The translations under genes were made by a program, and so were the position numbers. This document shows positions 1 to 7,600 of a stretch of DNA of 23,044 nucleotides, one piece after another. Source of the DNA: a virus (taxonomy: Duplodnaviria; Heunggongvirae; Uroviricota; Caudoviricetes); the IMG/VR virus record IMGVR_UViG_2740892487_000010. The stretch is one strand, 5' to 3'. The notes under the pieces were generated by a model, which saw nothing but the letters and a program-made list of their open reading frames with translations, searched no databases and had not been told where the DNA came from. Position 1 is the first letter of the stretch. Every line of letters begins with the position of its first letter.

Positions 1-1209
1 TAAATCAGGCAATTTATTTGTCGGGTAAGCCTTTGCCAGTTCCGGGTATTCTTCAGCAGAAAAAGCTGCACCGTTGCATTTCAGCCAGCCTGTTGGCGGT
101 GTGGCTGAAGGCCATGGAACAGGCACACCAACAGGTAATGCAGAGCCTTCTCCCAAACCAAGGTATGTGAGAAGACCAGCTACATCCTTTCCACTCAAAT
201 TAGTCAGCGTATTGTCCAGCGGTTGTTTACCTGCCAGTGCATTAAGCATTGTCGTGGCAAAGTTCGGGTCATTCCCCAGCGCCGCAGCCAGTTCGTTCAG
301 TGTATCCAGTGCAGCAGGTGCAGACCCCACCATTGCCGCAATTGCCGATTTCACAAAAGCCGTGGTGGCAATCTGTGTATTGTTAACCGACTGTGCCGCA
401 GTAGGTGCTGTTGGCGTTCCGGTGAGTGCCGGACTCGACAGCGGTGCTTTTAGTGCCAGCGCATTGTTAATGGTGGTACTGAATTTCGGGTCATTGTTAA
501 TGGCTGCGGCAATTTCTTTCAGTGTGTCCAGCGTGGCTGGCGCACCATTAATAAGGGCCGTCAGTGCCGCCTGTACAAACGCAGTGGTCGCAACCTGCGT
601 GGTATTATTCCCCGCCGCTGGCGTTGGCGCTTTGGGGGTTCCGGTAAATGTCGGGCTGGCTTTTGGCGCGTACTGTGAATGCGGGTCCGGTGCGGCAAGA
701 TGTTTTGCCATCTGATCATCCGCGTACACCTTCAGCTCCAGTGCCTTGTCATCCACATACTTGCGGGTTGCCAGCACTACAGCAGGGTCGATTTTCAGGG
801 TGATATTGTCCGTGCTGCTGGTAATCAGCACCATGCGCACGGTCTGAGTGCGCCCGCTACCTTCAGCCAGTTGCGGCTTATAGCTTTCCGGGCAGTTGCC
901 CACGGCAATCAATGCCCCGGACTCATCAAACAAGCCCACTTCACGTATCCACCAACCGCCCTCGTTTTCAGGGATCACCTGTTCGGCAATAATCTGGCTG
1001 CTGTTCTGCGGGTCGATATAAAGCATATTCAGCGCAGCCCGGCGTTTCTCATTTACCAGTGCCGTCTGCTTTGCGTCCGGCGTTGGCAATACTCCACCGC
1101 CATCGCCCACCGCCATATGGGTAATTTTTAGCGGCACACCGAGCGCGGCGGCGCTGGCAAGTTTCGCCGCGCCAATATCCGTCAGCAGGGTATAAAATTT
1201 TGTGCTCAT
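1..1209 (-). CDS. H: Tail fibre protein (P2 gpH-like), N-terminal part only; the C-terminal end lies beyond the window start
   Basis: Minus-strand ATG at about 1207-1209 overlapping the upstream gene stop (ATGA). Translation MSTKFYTLLTDIGAAKLASAA... resembles the P2 gpH N-terminus as recalled. Frame stays open to position 1. Contains two tandem copies of a ~70-aa module ending NNTQ(I/V)ATTAFV. Plus-strand ORF 74..715 is its antisense shadow. Confidence 0.8.
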   Translation of the reverse strand, partial: MSTKFYTLLTDIGAAKLASAAALGVPLKITHMAVGDGGGVLPTPDAKQTALVNEKRRAALNMLYIDPQNSSQIIAEQVIPENEGGWWIREVGLFDESGALIAVGNCPESYKPQLAEGSGRTQTVRMVLITSSTDNITLKIDPAVVLATRKYVDDKALELKVYADDQMAKHLAAPDPHSQYAPKASPTFTGTPKAPTPAAGNNTTQVATTAFVQAALTALINGAPATLDTLKEIAAAINNDPKFSTTINNALALKAPLSSPALTGTPTAPTAAQSVNNTQIATTAFVKSAIAAMVGSAPAALDTLNELAAALGNDPNFATTMLNALAGKQPLDNTLTNLSGKDVAGLLTYLGLGEGSALPVGVPVPWPSATPPTGWLKCNGAAFSAEEYPELAKAYPTNKLPDL

Positions 1210-1811
1210 GGATTCACTCTCATTGTGTCAATAACATGGACCGCCCCGCCTTCATGCGCGGTGCCACCGGAAATAATCGTTTCGTTGATATACGGATAGA
1301 TCGTGATTTCTTCGCCAAGATAGCTGGCGGCTCCCACCCAATGCGGGCCGCTGGTCTGCAGATTGATGGACATGCCGATCATGTGGCGGCTACATGGTTT
1401 GGCATCGCTTATCAGTCGCTCAAGTTCCAGATAGGTATCTTCAGTGATGCCCTGGTCCTGCACGCCGATATCCAGGCGAAACGTGCCCGGTGTTTCTCCG
1501 GTCTGCCACCACTCAATAATGCGGATCAGGAATCCGAACGGTTCCACCACCCGCCGCACGGCACTGGTGGTTCCTTTATGCTGATGAATATAAAAAGCAT
1601 CCTTCACTACCTGGCGTTTGACGCTTTCTGTCCAGCCCTCGTCCCAGCGATCCACAGAGAACGCCCAGGCGAGATAAGGCAGGAAGCTGACCGGACAGGT
1701 AGCCGGATTCCACAAGTCACGCAGCGGCACCTGCAAATCAGAAATCCCGCTACAGGTTTGCGCCAGTCGGCGCTCCAGTGAAGTTGAACCCGGTGGCAGC
1801 AGACTATTCAT
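1206..1811 (-). CDS. I: Baseplate assembly protein (P2 gpI-like)
   Basis: Track ORF 201 aa; motifs RDLWNP.TCP and LAWAFSVDRWDE.W match recalled P2 gpI; 4-nt overlap with the tail fibre start. Confidence 0.85.
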   Translation of the reverse strand: MNSLLPPGSTSLERRLAQTCSGISDLQVPLRDLWNPATCPVSFLPYLAWAFSVDRWDEGWTESVKRQVVKDAFYIHQHKGTTSAVRRVVEPFGFLIRIIEWWQTGETPGTFRLDIGVQDQGITEDTYLELERLISDAKPCSRHMIGMSINLQTSGPHWVGAASYLGEEITIYPYINETIISGGTAHEGGAVHVIDTMRVNP

Positions 1812-2712
1812 CCGTTCCTCCGTTGGTTACGCTCCACTGCGTACATGATGCCGCCTGTGTTTTGTTCAGGACCACATCCGCCAGCGGAGAAGCCAGTTCC
1901 ACACGTTGAACACCCTCAACATGCAGAGCAGCAAAGATGGCGCTACGGCGAATATCCCGACCAAGCCTCGTCTGGCTGGCAATGTACTTCTGCAGACTGG
2001 CTTTTGCCGCTGCCATTACCGGCTCTGCTTCCGGTCCCGGATAGAGAAAAATGGTGGCTTCCACGCGATACGGGATGATTTCTGCGCTGCGAACCGTAAG
2101 ACGGTCAGCCACCGGGCGGACGTTCTCACTGTTCAGAGCTTTTTCCACCACGTCCAGCAGGTCTTTTTCTGCAGTTCCATCGCCTTCGCGGCTAAGGACA
2201 GTCAGCACCACCTCTGCAGGTGCCGGGCTGGTTGCACTGGCATCCGCCACCCGACCGTCGGCGCTTCGGGCATGAAATTCATAAGCTGCAGTTGGCCCCG
2301 CAACAGAAAGCCCTTCAAAGGCTGCAGGCACACGCAGGCGCAACGCTTCATCGCTTTCCATCACAGCTGCAACGGGCGGCACAGCATCATTATCAGCAGG
2401 CGTCACCGTCAGGCGTGTCACGTTGTAGTTGGCAGCGAGCTGGTCAAGATCGCCGCCCATCGCGTAAGCCACCATCACCGCCTGCGCGGCTTCGTTAATG
2501 CGCTGGCGCAGAAGCAACTCACGGTAAGCGTTCTCCTGCAACAATTTAGTGGCGGGTTCAGATTCCAGTTCCAGCGTGCGGATCACTGCTTCCTGCTCAT
2601 CTTTCGGATGAAGCGCCACAAATTCTGCCTTGCGTTCGGCAAGCAGCGTCTCAAAGTCCGGCACATCCACAATCTGCGGTGCAGGCAACTGCGAAAGGTC
2701 AATCACTGCCAT
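1804..2712 (-). CDS. J: Baseplate assembly protein J (P2 gpJ-like)
   Basis: Track ORF 1804..2751; likely true start is the internal ATG at about 2712 (MAVIDLSQLPAP...) preceded by AGGAG; typical gpJ-like baseplate wedge sequence; overlaps gpI start. Confidence 0.8.
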   Translation of the reverse strand: MAVIDLSQLPAPQIVDVPDFETLLAERKAEFVALHPKDEQEAVIRTLELESEPATKLLQENAYRELLLRQRINEAAQAVMVAYAMGGDLDQLAANYNVTRLTVTPADNDAVPPVAAVMESDEALRLRVPAAFEGLSVAGPTAAYEFHARSADGRVADASATSPAPAEVVLTVLSREGDGTAEKDLLDVVEKALNSENVRPVADRLTVRSAEIIPYRVEATIFLYPGPEAEPVMAAAKASLQKYIASQTRLGRDIRRSAIFAALHVEGVQRVELASPLADVVLNKTQAASCTQWSVTNGGTDE

Positions 2713-3058
2713 TCTCTGCTCCTGTTGATACGGAAAGGGACACAGGCACACCGTTATTCCGCCGCCCGGTCAGCTCCACCACCATTGAACCGTCAAAATT
2801 GCTGTTGATGGTGATGGAATCCAGCGTCAACCGTGGCTCCCAGCGACTCAGCGCCACATACACTGCCGACATGACCTGCAGGCGTAATGCCGGATTTTGT
2901 GGCTGATCTATCAGTGCCGACAGCAGGGAACCATATTCCCGGCGGGCAATACGGCTACCCTGCGGTGTCAGCAGAATGTCCCGCACCGACTGGCGCAGAT
3001 GATCAATATCAGTAATGACTTTGCCGCTGGTATTGTTCATCCCGCTATAAAGCGTCAT
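2699..3058 (-). CDS. W: Baseplate protein W (P2 gpW-like, T4 gp25-like)
   Basis: 119-aa ORF immediately downstream of V and overlapping the J start; size and position in the V-W-J-I-H block are conserved in P2-like phages. Confidence 0.8.
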   Translation of the reverse strand: MTLYSGMNNTSGKVITDIDHLRQSVRDILLTPQGSRIARREYGSLLSALIDQPQNPALRLQVMSAVYVALSRWEPRLTLDSITINSNFDGSMVVELTGRRNNGVPVSLSVSTGAENGSD

Positions 3059-3633
3059 ACCGGGCCTCCGGTTGTATCGCCGCCTTTCAGGACGCCAGTA
3101 TGCTGATGCGCATCAACCACGATCCCGTTAGAACTCATCGCTCCGCCGCCCTGGGTAACGCCACCATTGATCACCACTTCGCTGTTAATGCGCGTGCGGT
3201 CAGCCTCCAGTACAAACTCACTGGTTTTCATGGTGATGTTGTCAGCGGCCTCAATGACCATTGATTTGATGCCCCTGACATACCAGCGCCCGGTGGCGGG
3301 TTCGTATTCAAACCAGCCACCGTCAGGATGTTCTGTCACGCAGGCGTCCGCCGACGTCGACGGTGGCGCGAACTGATTCGAATAGATGGCGGGTAACGCA
3401 AAGGCAGTCTCCAGATTGCCGCCCAGACTCAGCAGCACCACCTGCTCACCTTCCGATGGTCGCCACCATGTGCGGGCATTCCCGGCACGCAGCGTCAGCC
3501 AGCTGATCCAGTTGGTTTCAAGCTCACCCGTTTTCACCCGGCAAAGCCAGTTTTCCCTGTCCACTTCGGTGACTACCCCTGTGCGGATCAGGTTGGTGAT
3601 AAGGCGCATGATTTCGGTTAATTGTGCGTTCAT
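3055..3633 (-). CDS. V: Baseplate spike / central hub protein (P2 gpV-like)
   Basis: 192-aa ORF, N-terminus MNAQLTEIMRLITNLIRTG... similar to recalled P2 gpV; ATGA-type overlap with W. Confidence 0.8.
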   Translation of the reverse strand: MNAQLTEIMRLITNLIRTGVVTEVDRENWLCRVKTGELETNWISWLTLRAGNARTWWRPSEGEQVVLLSLGGNLETAFALPAIYSNQFAPPSTSADACVTEHPDGGWFEYEPATGRWYVRGIKSMVIEAADNITMKTSEFVLEADRTRINSEVVINGGVTQGGGAMSSNGIVVDAHQHTGVLKGGDTTGGPV

Positions 3634-3678
3634 AGGGAAAGGTTGCCATCAGGGGAAGAAAGGCGGCAGTGCTGCAAC

Positions 3679-3698
3679 TTGTATCAGTGCTGATACAA
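3679..3698 (-). promoter_or_regulatory. Putative Ogr/Delta-type late promoter activator site (TGT-N12-ACA dyad) upstream of V
   Basis: Perfect 20-bp palindrome TTGTATCAGTGCTGATACAA in the 68-bp S-V intergenic gap, centred about 55 nt upstream of the V start codon; P2 late promoters carry a TGT-N12-ACA element near -55. Confidence 0.55.
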
Positions 3699-3701
3699 AG
3701 A

Positions 3702-4148
3702 TCACTCCGCCAGCCATTGCAGAATCATGTCGCGGGTCATTGCCTCAACATCATCATTTACACCCAGCAGGCGGCGCTCTGCGTAACGGACCTCCGGTCC
3801 TTTGCGACTGACGCGATCACGCAGGCCGTAATGGTGAACACGGGCAATACGCTGCACCTTGCCTTCAAACTGCACGCTGGCAGAGTCGGTGCTGGCGGCA
3901 GTTTTCAGGTATTTTGTGGTGCGCAGCTTTGCAAACATCTGACGTTTGATACGGCCTTTTTTACTGCGTGCTGTTACCCTGCGCGGTTCATAACTGCTGC
4001 CATCAGGATTGCGCTGCATCCTGATATTCTGCTGCTGTGTCCGGCGCAGTTCCTGCGCCAGCTGGCGCATCATGCGGCTTCTGGCGGCTGGTTCCAGATT
4101 CGCCAGCAAGGCACTCAACCAGTCGTCCACCTTCTGCAATTCAGCCAC
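3702..4148 (-). CDS. S: Tail completion protein S (P2 gpS-like)
   Basis: 148-aa ORF, conserved position between R and V, probable GTG start overlapping the R stop. Confidence 0.75.
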   Translation of the reverse strand: MAELQKVDDWLSALLANLEPAARSRMMRQLAQELRRTQQQNIRMQRNPDGSSYEPRRVTARSKKGRIKRQMFAKLRTTKYLKTAASTDSASVQFEGKVQRIARVHHYGLRDRVSRKGPEVRYAERRLLGVNDDVEAMTRDMILQWLAE

Positions 4149-4593
4149 GTTTCACCGTCCACATTTCTTCAGGTTCATCAGGTTCCGCTATAGCTTCAAC
4201 GCTCGACACACTGCCGTCAGTGCTGACCAGCACACGTTCCGTCAGTTGCAGGTTCAGGCTGATATCACAGACATCGTTGCGCAGAATATCCACCTCAAAG
4301 GTGAATAGCTTTTCCCGTAACGCCGGGTTATTGATGGCATCGGGCTGGTTATCACGCAGCCACAGCAAAACCGGGGCCATCAGCAGATTCTGGTCGCCGC
4401 TGAAATCCTCAATCACCACGTTCAGGGTGTAGCGGTACTCCCATGACATGGAGCTGGCCCCCGTGGCAACCAGCGAACCGTTATCCACAAACAGATGCAG
4501 TTTGTCCGGGTTATTGCGGACATAAGGCACCGCTTTATTGAGGGCGTGGCGCAGGGATTGTGGTTTGTTCACTGTTTCGCTCCTGACACGCAA
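4141..4593 (-). CDS. R: Tail completion protein R (P2 gpR-like)
   Basis: 150-aa ORF; ...NKPQSLRHALNKAVPYVRNNPDKLHLFVDNGS... resembles P2 gpR; exact start codon uncertain. Confidence 0.75.
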   Translation of the reverse strand: MRVRSETVNKPQSLRHALNKAVPYVRNNPDKLHLFVDNGSLVATGASSMSWEYRYTLNVVIEDFSGDQNLLMAPVLLWLRDNQPDAINNPALREKLFTFEVDILRNDVCDISLNLQLTERVLVSTDGSVSSVEAIAEPDEPEEMWTVKRG

Positions 4594-4825
4594 TAATCAT
4601 GTCCACTTTGTCTGCACAGACCGCCCAGGCGGCCTCCGTTTCATCCAGCAACGCATTCAGATCACCGTTAGTGCGCGGTGCTGCCTGCTCCAGCCGACAC
4701 GGCGTCACTCGCGGACAACCACTGACGGTAAGCTGCACCTCCGGTGAGTGCCTGACGTTCCCGCAGCCGGATAATGTCAGCAGGCAAAGGAGTATCAGCC
4801 CAGTGGCGTAAATCCTCGTTCTCAC
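4535..4825 (-). CDS. lysC: Outer-membrane spanin lipoprotein (LysC / Rz1-like), embedded out of frame in the lysB 3' end and extending into R
   Basis: N-terminal signal peptide with lipobox LTLSGC, then a Pro-rich short product; classic embedded o-spanin arrangement; probable GTG start. Confidence 0.6.
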   Translation of the reverse strand: MRTRIYATGLILLCLLTLSGCGNVRHSPEVQLTVSGCPRVTPCRLEQAAPRTNGDLNALLDETEAAWAVCADKVDMIIACQERNSEQTTIPAPRPQ

Positions 4826-5096
4826 GTTTCAGTTCCTCGATCCGGCGTTGTCGTTGTCTCAGCTGTGCGCTGGTCTGTTCTGCTTCGGCATAGAGCCGCG
4901 CCTGCTCCCGGTTATTGGTTTCAGTCAGAATGGACAGGCTGATAAGCTGGCTGTTGCTCTTTGCCAGTGCCTGGCTTTTGCTCTGCAGCTCGTTTGCCTG
5001 CGTGCTGATGGTCTGGCTGGCATCAGCCAGCCGCCACGTCTGCCAGCCCAGCGCCGCTAGTAATAACACCAGCACAACCAGCAGCAACCGGTTCAT
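4668..5096 (-). CDS. lysB: Inner-membrane spanin (LysB / Rz-like)
   Basis: 142 aa, N-terminal transmembrane helix (LLLVVLVLLLAALGW) followed by a charged coiled-coil-like region; ATGA overlap with lysA. Confidence 0.75.
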   Translation of the reverse strand: MNRLLLVVLVLLLAALGWQTWRLADASQTISTQANELQSKSQALAKSNSQLISLSILTETNNREQARLYAEAEQTSAQLRQRQRRIEELKRENEDLRHWADTPLPADIIRLRERQALTGGAAYRQWLSASDAVSAGAGSTAH

Positions 5097-5470
5097 GCTG
5101 CTACCTGTTGCGCCATCTGATTACGGGTGATCCAGAAGGCAATAACGGTCAGTAGATAAAAGACCAGGGTAATAGCCCACCCCGTCCATGCGAGACTTAC
5201 AACAATCAGCAATCGCATCACCCAACTGATAAATACGTTTTCTTTTCGGGTAATTGTCTTCAGCAAAGATGCCCTTAACTCCTGCCAGAGCGGGCCATTC
5301 TGAATTAACGCAGCCAGTGCTACCGGAATTACCGCCCATGTCAGCAAACAGGCTACCCAAACGCCGGACGCTGCCAGTACCGGAAAGATCCCCTGCGGAT
5401 ACACCATTGCTGCGATTAACAGCGCCATCCATAACATCAGAAACAGTCCGCTGATTAATTTCTTTTTCAT
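5093..5470 (-). CDS. lysA: Lysis regulatory membrane protein (LysA-like)
   Basis: Track ORF 5093..5542; probable start at internal ATG about 5470 (MKKKLISGLFLMLW...); several predicted transmembrane helices; position between K and lysB as in P2. Confidence 0.65.
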   Translation of the reverse strand: MKKKLISGLFLMLWMALLIAAMVYPQGIFPVLAASGVWVACLLTWAVIPVALAALIQNGPLWQELRASLLKTITRKENVFISWVMRLLIVVSLAWTGWAITLVFYLLTVIAFWITRNQMAQQVAA

Positions 5471-5471
5471 T

Positions 5472-5984
5472 TCAGTTTGCTCCCTGTAAACACCAGGCCA
5501 TCTCCCGCGCACGGCGGTTATCCAGCCCCTGATTAAACACACCTTTTACATAAACCCAGCGCGGCAACTGTCGGCACGCATCCGCCCAGCGCCGCTGATT
5601 GAGCAATTTCACCAGCGTGGAGCTGCAGGCATTGCCTGTCCCCACGTTGAAGGCAAACGACACCACCGAGTCATACACCTTTTGTGGCGGCTGTTGCTTC
5701 ACACATCTTTCCAGCGCCCGCTCCACACGCAGCACGTTGGAGATAAGCCCTTCTGCTGCCTGTCGTTCCGTAATGGTTTTGCCGGGAATGACGCCCGACG
5801 TATTACCAATGCCGTCAGTCCATACACCCGCGCTGCACTGATACGGCTGCAGACGACAGCCTTCGTAATCGGCAATCAGTTTCAGTCCCTCCACGGAGGT
5901 GTGAAGCTGCTGAAAACCCGGCAGCGTGGCAGCAATAGCCAGCACGGTCCCGACAAGGCAGCGTTTAACGATTGATGGATTCAT
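5472..5984 (-). CDS. K: SAR-type endolysin, T4-lysozyme-like muramidase (P1 Lyz-like)
   Basis: N-terminal weakly hydrophobic SAR-like segment (KRCLVGTVLAIAATLP) followed by EGCRLQPYQCSAGVWTDGIGNT, near-identical to the recalled P1 Lyz catalytic segment (Glu-8aa-Cys-5aa-Thr). Confidence 0.8.
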   Translation of the reverse strand: MNPSIVKRCLVGTVLAIAATLPGFQQLHTSVEGLKLIADYEGCRLQPYQCSAGVWTDGIGNTSGVIPGKTITERQAAEGLISNVLRVERALERCVKQQPPQKVYDSVVSFAFNVGTGNACSSTLVKLLNQRRWADACRQLPRWVYVKGVFNQGLDNRRAREMAWCLQGAN

Positions 5985-6180
5985 AGTCCTCCCGCGTGAT
6001 CTGCCCGTCGCGCAGAAGCTGGTAGGCTTTGTGTTTGTAGTACCAGTTGATAGCCAGCATCAGCACACCGATCATCAGGCCGCCCAGCGTTGAGGCATCC
6101 TTGATGGACAAATCGCCCAGCCAGGCCAGCACGACGGCGATGCAATACGTGATAAAGGCGCTGATTCGCTCAAGCGTCAT
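5965..6180 (-). CDS. Holin (small, two predicted TMDs; possible pinholin)
   Basis: 71 aa, two hydrophobic helices and a charged C-terminus; directly upstream of and overlapping the endolysin. Confidence 0.65.
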   Translation of the reverse strand: MTLERISAFITYCIAVVLAWLGDLSIKDASTLGGLMIGVLMLAINWYYKHKAYQLLRDGQITREDYESINR

Positions 6181-6183
6181 AAT

Positions 6184-6387
6184 TCAGTCCCATAGCTGGA
6201 CGGTCTGCACGGTGGTGGTTGTCGGAATGTCCGGCAGCTCCACCTGCAGCCCGTGAGGTAAAAAGGGGCCATATTCGGCAAGCCCCGGATTTGCCTTCAG
6301 TACCTGCTCCGTGACACCCTGCGTGCGCCCGTAATGACGCCAGCAAAGCGCGTCCACCGTGTCATACTGATGCGCACGCACTTTCAT
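6184..6387 (-). CDS. X: Tail protein X (P2 gpX-like)
   Basis: 67 aa, the same length as P2 gpX; conserved position between L and the holin; ATGA overlap with the L stop. Confidence 0.75.
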   Translation of the reverse strand: MKVRAHQYDTVDALCWRHYGRTQGVTEQVLKANPGLAEYGPFLPHGLQVELPDIPTTTTVQTVQLWD

Positions 6388-6851
6388 CAGATAAGCTCCA
6401 CTGTGCAGTGCGGCGCATCCTGTACCCGGCTGATGGCCCAGCGGGCGTCACGCCACAAATCACCGCTGGCTTCCGCCAGTTCCTCGCCCCGCTTCACACC
6501 AGACGCCGTGGCGTCATAGTCCTGGTAACGTTCGTTGAGCATGGCGCGTGCCCAGCAGTAAACCGCGTTGAAATAGTGCTGAATGCGCTCACTTTTGCCG
6601 TCCAGTTGTTCCGCCGGAACCTCTGCCAGCGAGGCATATCCCAGCATCTGCTGGCGTCTGCGAAACTCATACAGTTCTGCGTTGACCTCCGAAATTGCCG
6701 ACAGCGCAACCTGCTTTAAACGCGGCTGCGTCACCGTGCCGTCAGTGCGCATCACACTGCGAAACTCCGACAGGTCCACATCAGGCCAGAACGGCGTATT
6801 TCTGATGATTTCCGCCTGTTCCGGTGCCTGTTCTGGTGCAACAAACTTCAT
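6387..6851 (-). CDS. L: Head completion/stabilisation protein (P2 gpL-like)
   Basis: Track ORF 6387..6914; likely true start is ATG at about 6851 (MKFVAPEQ...) preceded by GGAGA. Confidence 0.75.
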   Translation of the reverse strand: MKFVAPEQAPEQAEIIRNTPFWPDVDLSEFRSVMRTDGTVTQPRLKQVALSAISEVNAELYEFRRRQQMLGYASLAEVPAEQLDGKSERIQHYFNAVYCWARAMLNERYQDYDATASGVKRGEELAEASGDLWRDARWAISRVQDAPHCTVELI

Positions 6852-6946
6852 GCTGCTTTCTCCTGAAATAGAGGGCGGTGGACGGAGTTTTGATGTGGCT
6901 GTGCCTTTCGCCACCCCGTGCCGCCCGTGCGCGGGGGCACGTTCTG

Positions 6947-7597
6947 TCAGCGGCTGTCATTGCGCAGTCTGCGCTCCAGCTGCTGTTTGTCTTTTTTCAC
7001 GCCACAGCGGGGATCGAGCTGCAACGCATGGTTGAGATGGTTAAGGGCGGAAGCCGGATTGCTTTCACTCAGGACAGCGCCAATCGCTTTATGCAGACGC
7101 GCCCGTGACTGGTCCGGCATATCCAGACCGTCTGTCAGCTCCAGCGTCTGCAGCAACAGATCGGCATCAAAGCCGGTGGCGGCAAGCATTGCGCTCTGCG
7201 CCGCGTCTGCCATTTCCTCTGCCAGCACGGTCTGCACATTGCGATTACCCAGCGGCATCACCCAGCCATGACGCAGGGCGTGACGCCCGATCTCCAGCGC
7301 CCCGGCATAATCTCCGGCATCAATGCGCCACAGCATCACGTACATCAGCACGTCATCCTGTTGAGCGCCTCCGGCAGCAAGGACACCCTCCGCCCAGGCG
7401 GCGTACTTCGGCAGCAGCTCCACCTTGATTTCCGCTTTTTTGACCGTGGACTGAACGCCCTTGAGACGGCGGCGGTCTTCCGCCAGTTGCAGCAGCATCA
7501 GGTCATAGCCCGACGCGTGGCGAACGCTGCCGCCCTCGCGGGCGGCCTGTTCAGCCTGAACGCGCAGGCGATGCTGCCGTGCGGGACTCAGGCTCAT
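6947..7597 (-). CDS. M: Terminase small/endonuclease subunit (P2 gpM-like); possibly truncated by an in-frame TGA (frame stays open to 6848)
   Basis: 216-aa ORF immediately downstream of N; the same frame continues 32 codons past the TGA at 6947-6949 to a second TGA that overlaps the L start codon. Confidence 0.7.
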   Translation of the reverse strand: MSLSPARQHRLRVQAEQAAREGGSVRHASGYDLMLLQLAEDRRRLKGVQSTVKKAEIKVELLPKYAAWAEGVLAAGGAQQDDVLMYVMLWRIDAGDYAGALEIGRHALRHGWVMPLGNRNVQTVLAEEMADAAQSAMLAATGFDADLLLQTLELTDGLDMPDQSRARLHKAIGAVLSESNPASALNHLNHALQLDPRCGVKKDKQQLERRLRNDSR

Positions 7598-7600
7598 GAA

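Noticed and set aside
74-715. Plus-strand 213-aa ORF (and nested 223..453)
   Set aside because: Antisense shadow of the minus-strand tail fibre gene; low-complexity Ala/Ser/Val-rich translation mirrors the fibre repeats, and the minus frame carries the recognisable gpH-like sequence.
1906-2808. Plus-strand 300-aa ORF opposite gpJ
   Set aside because: Cys/His/Arg-rich translation typical of an antisense frame in GC-rich coding DNA; the opposite strand encodes conserved gpJ.
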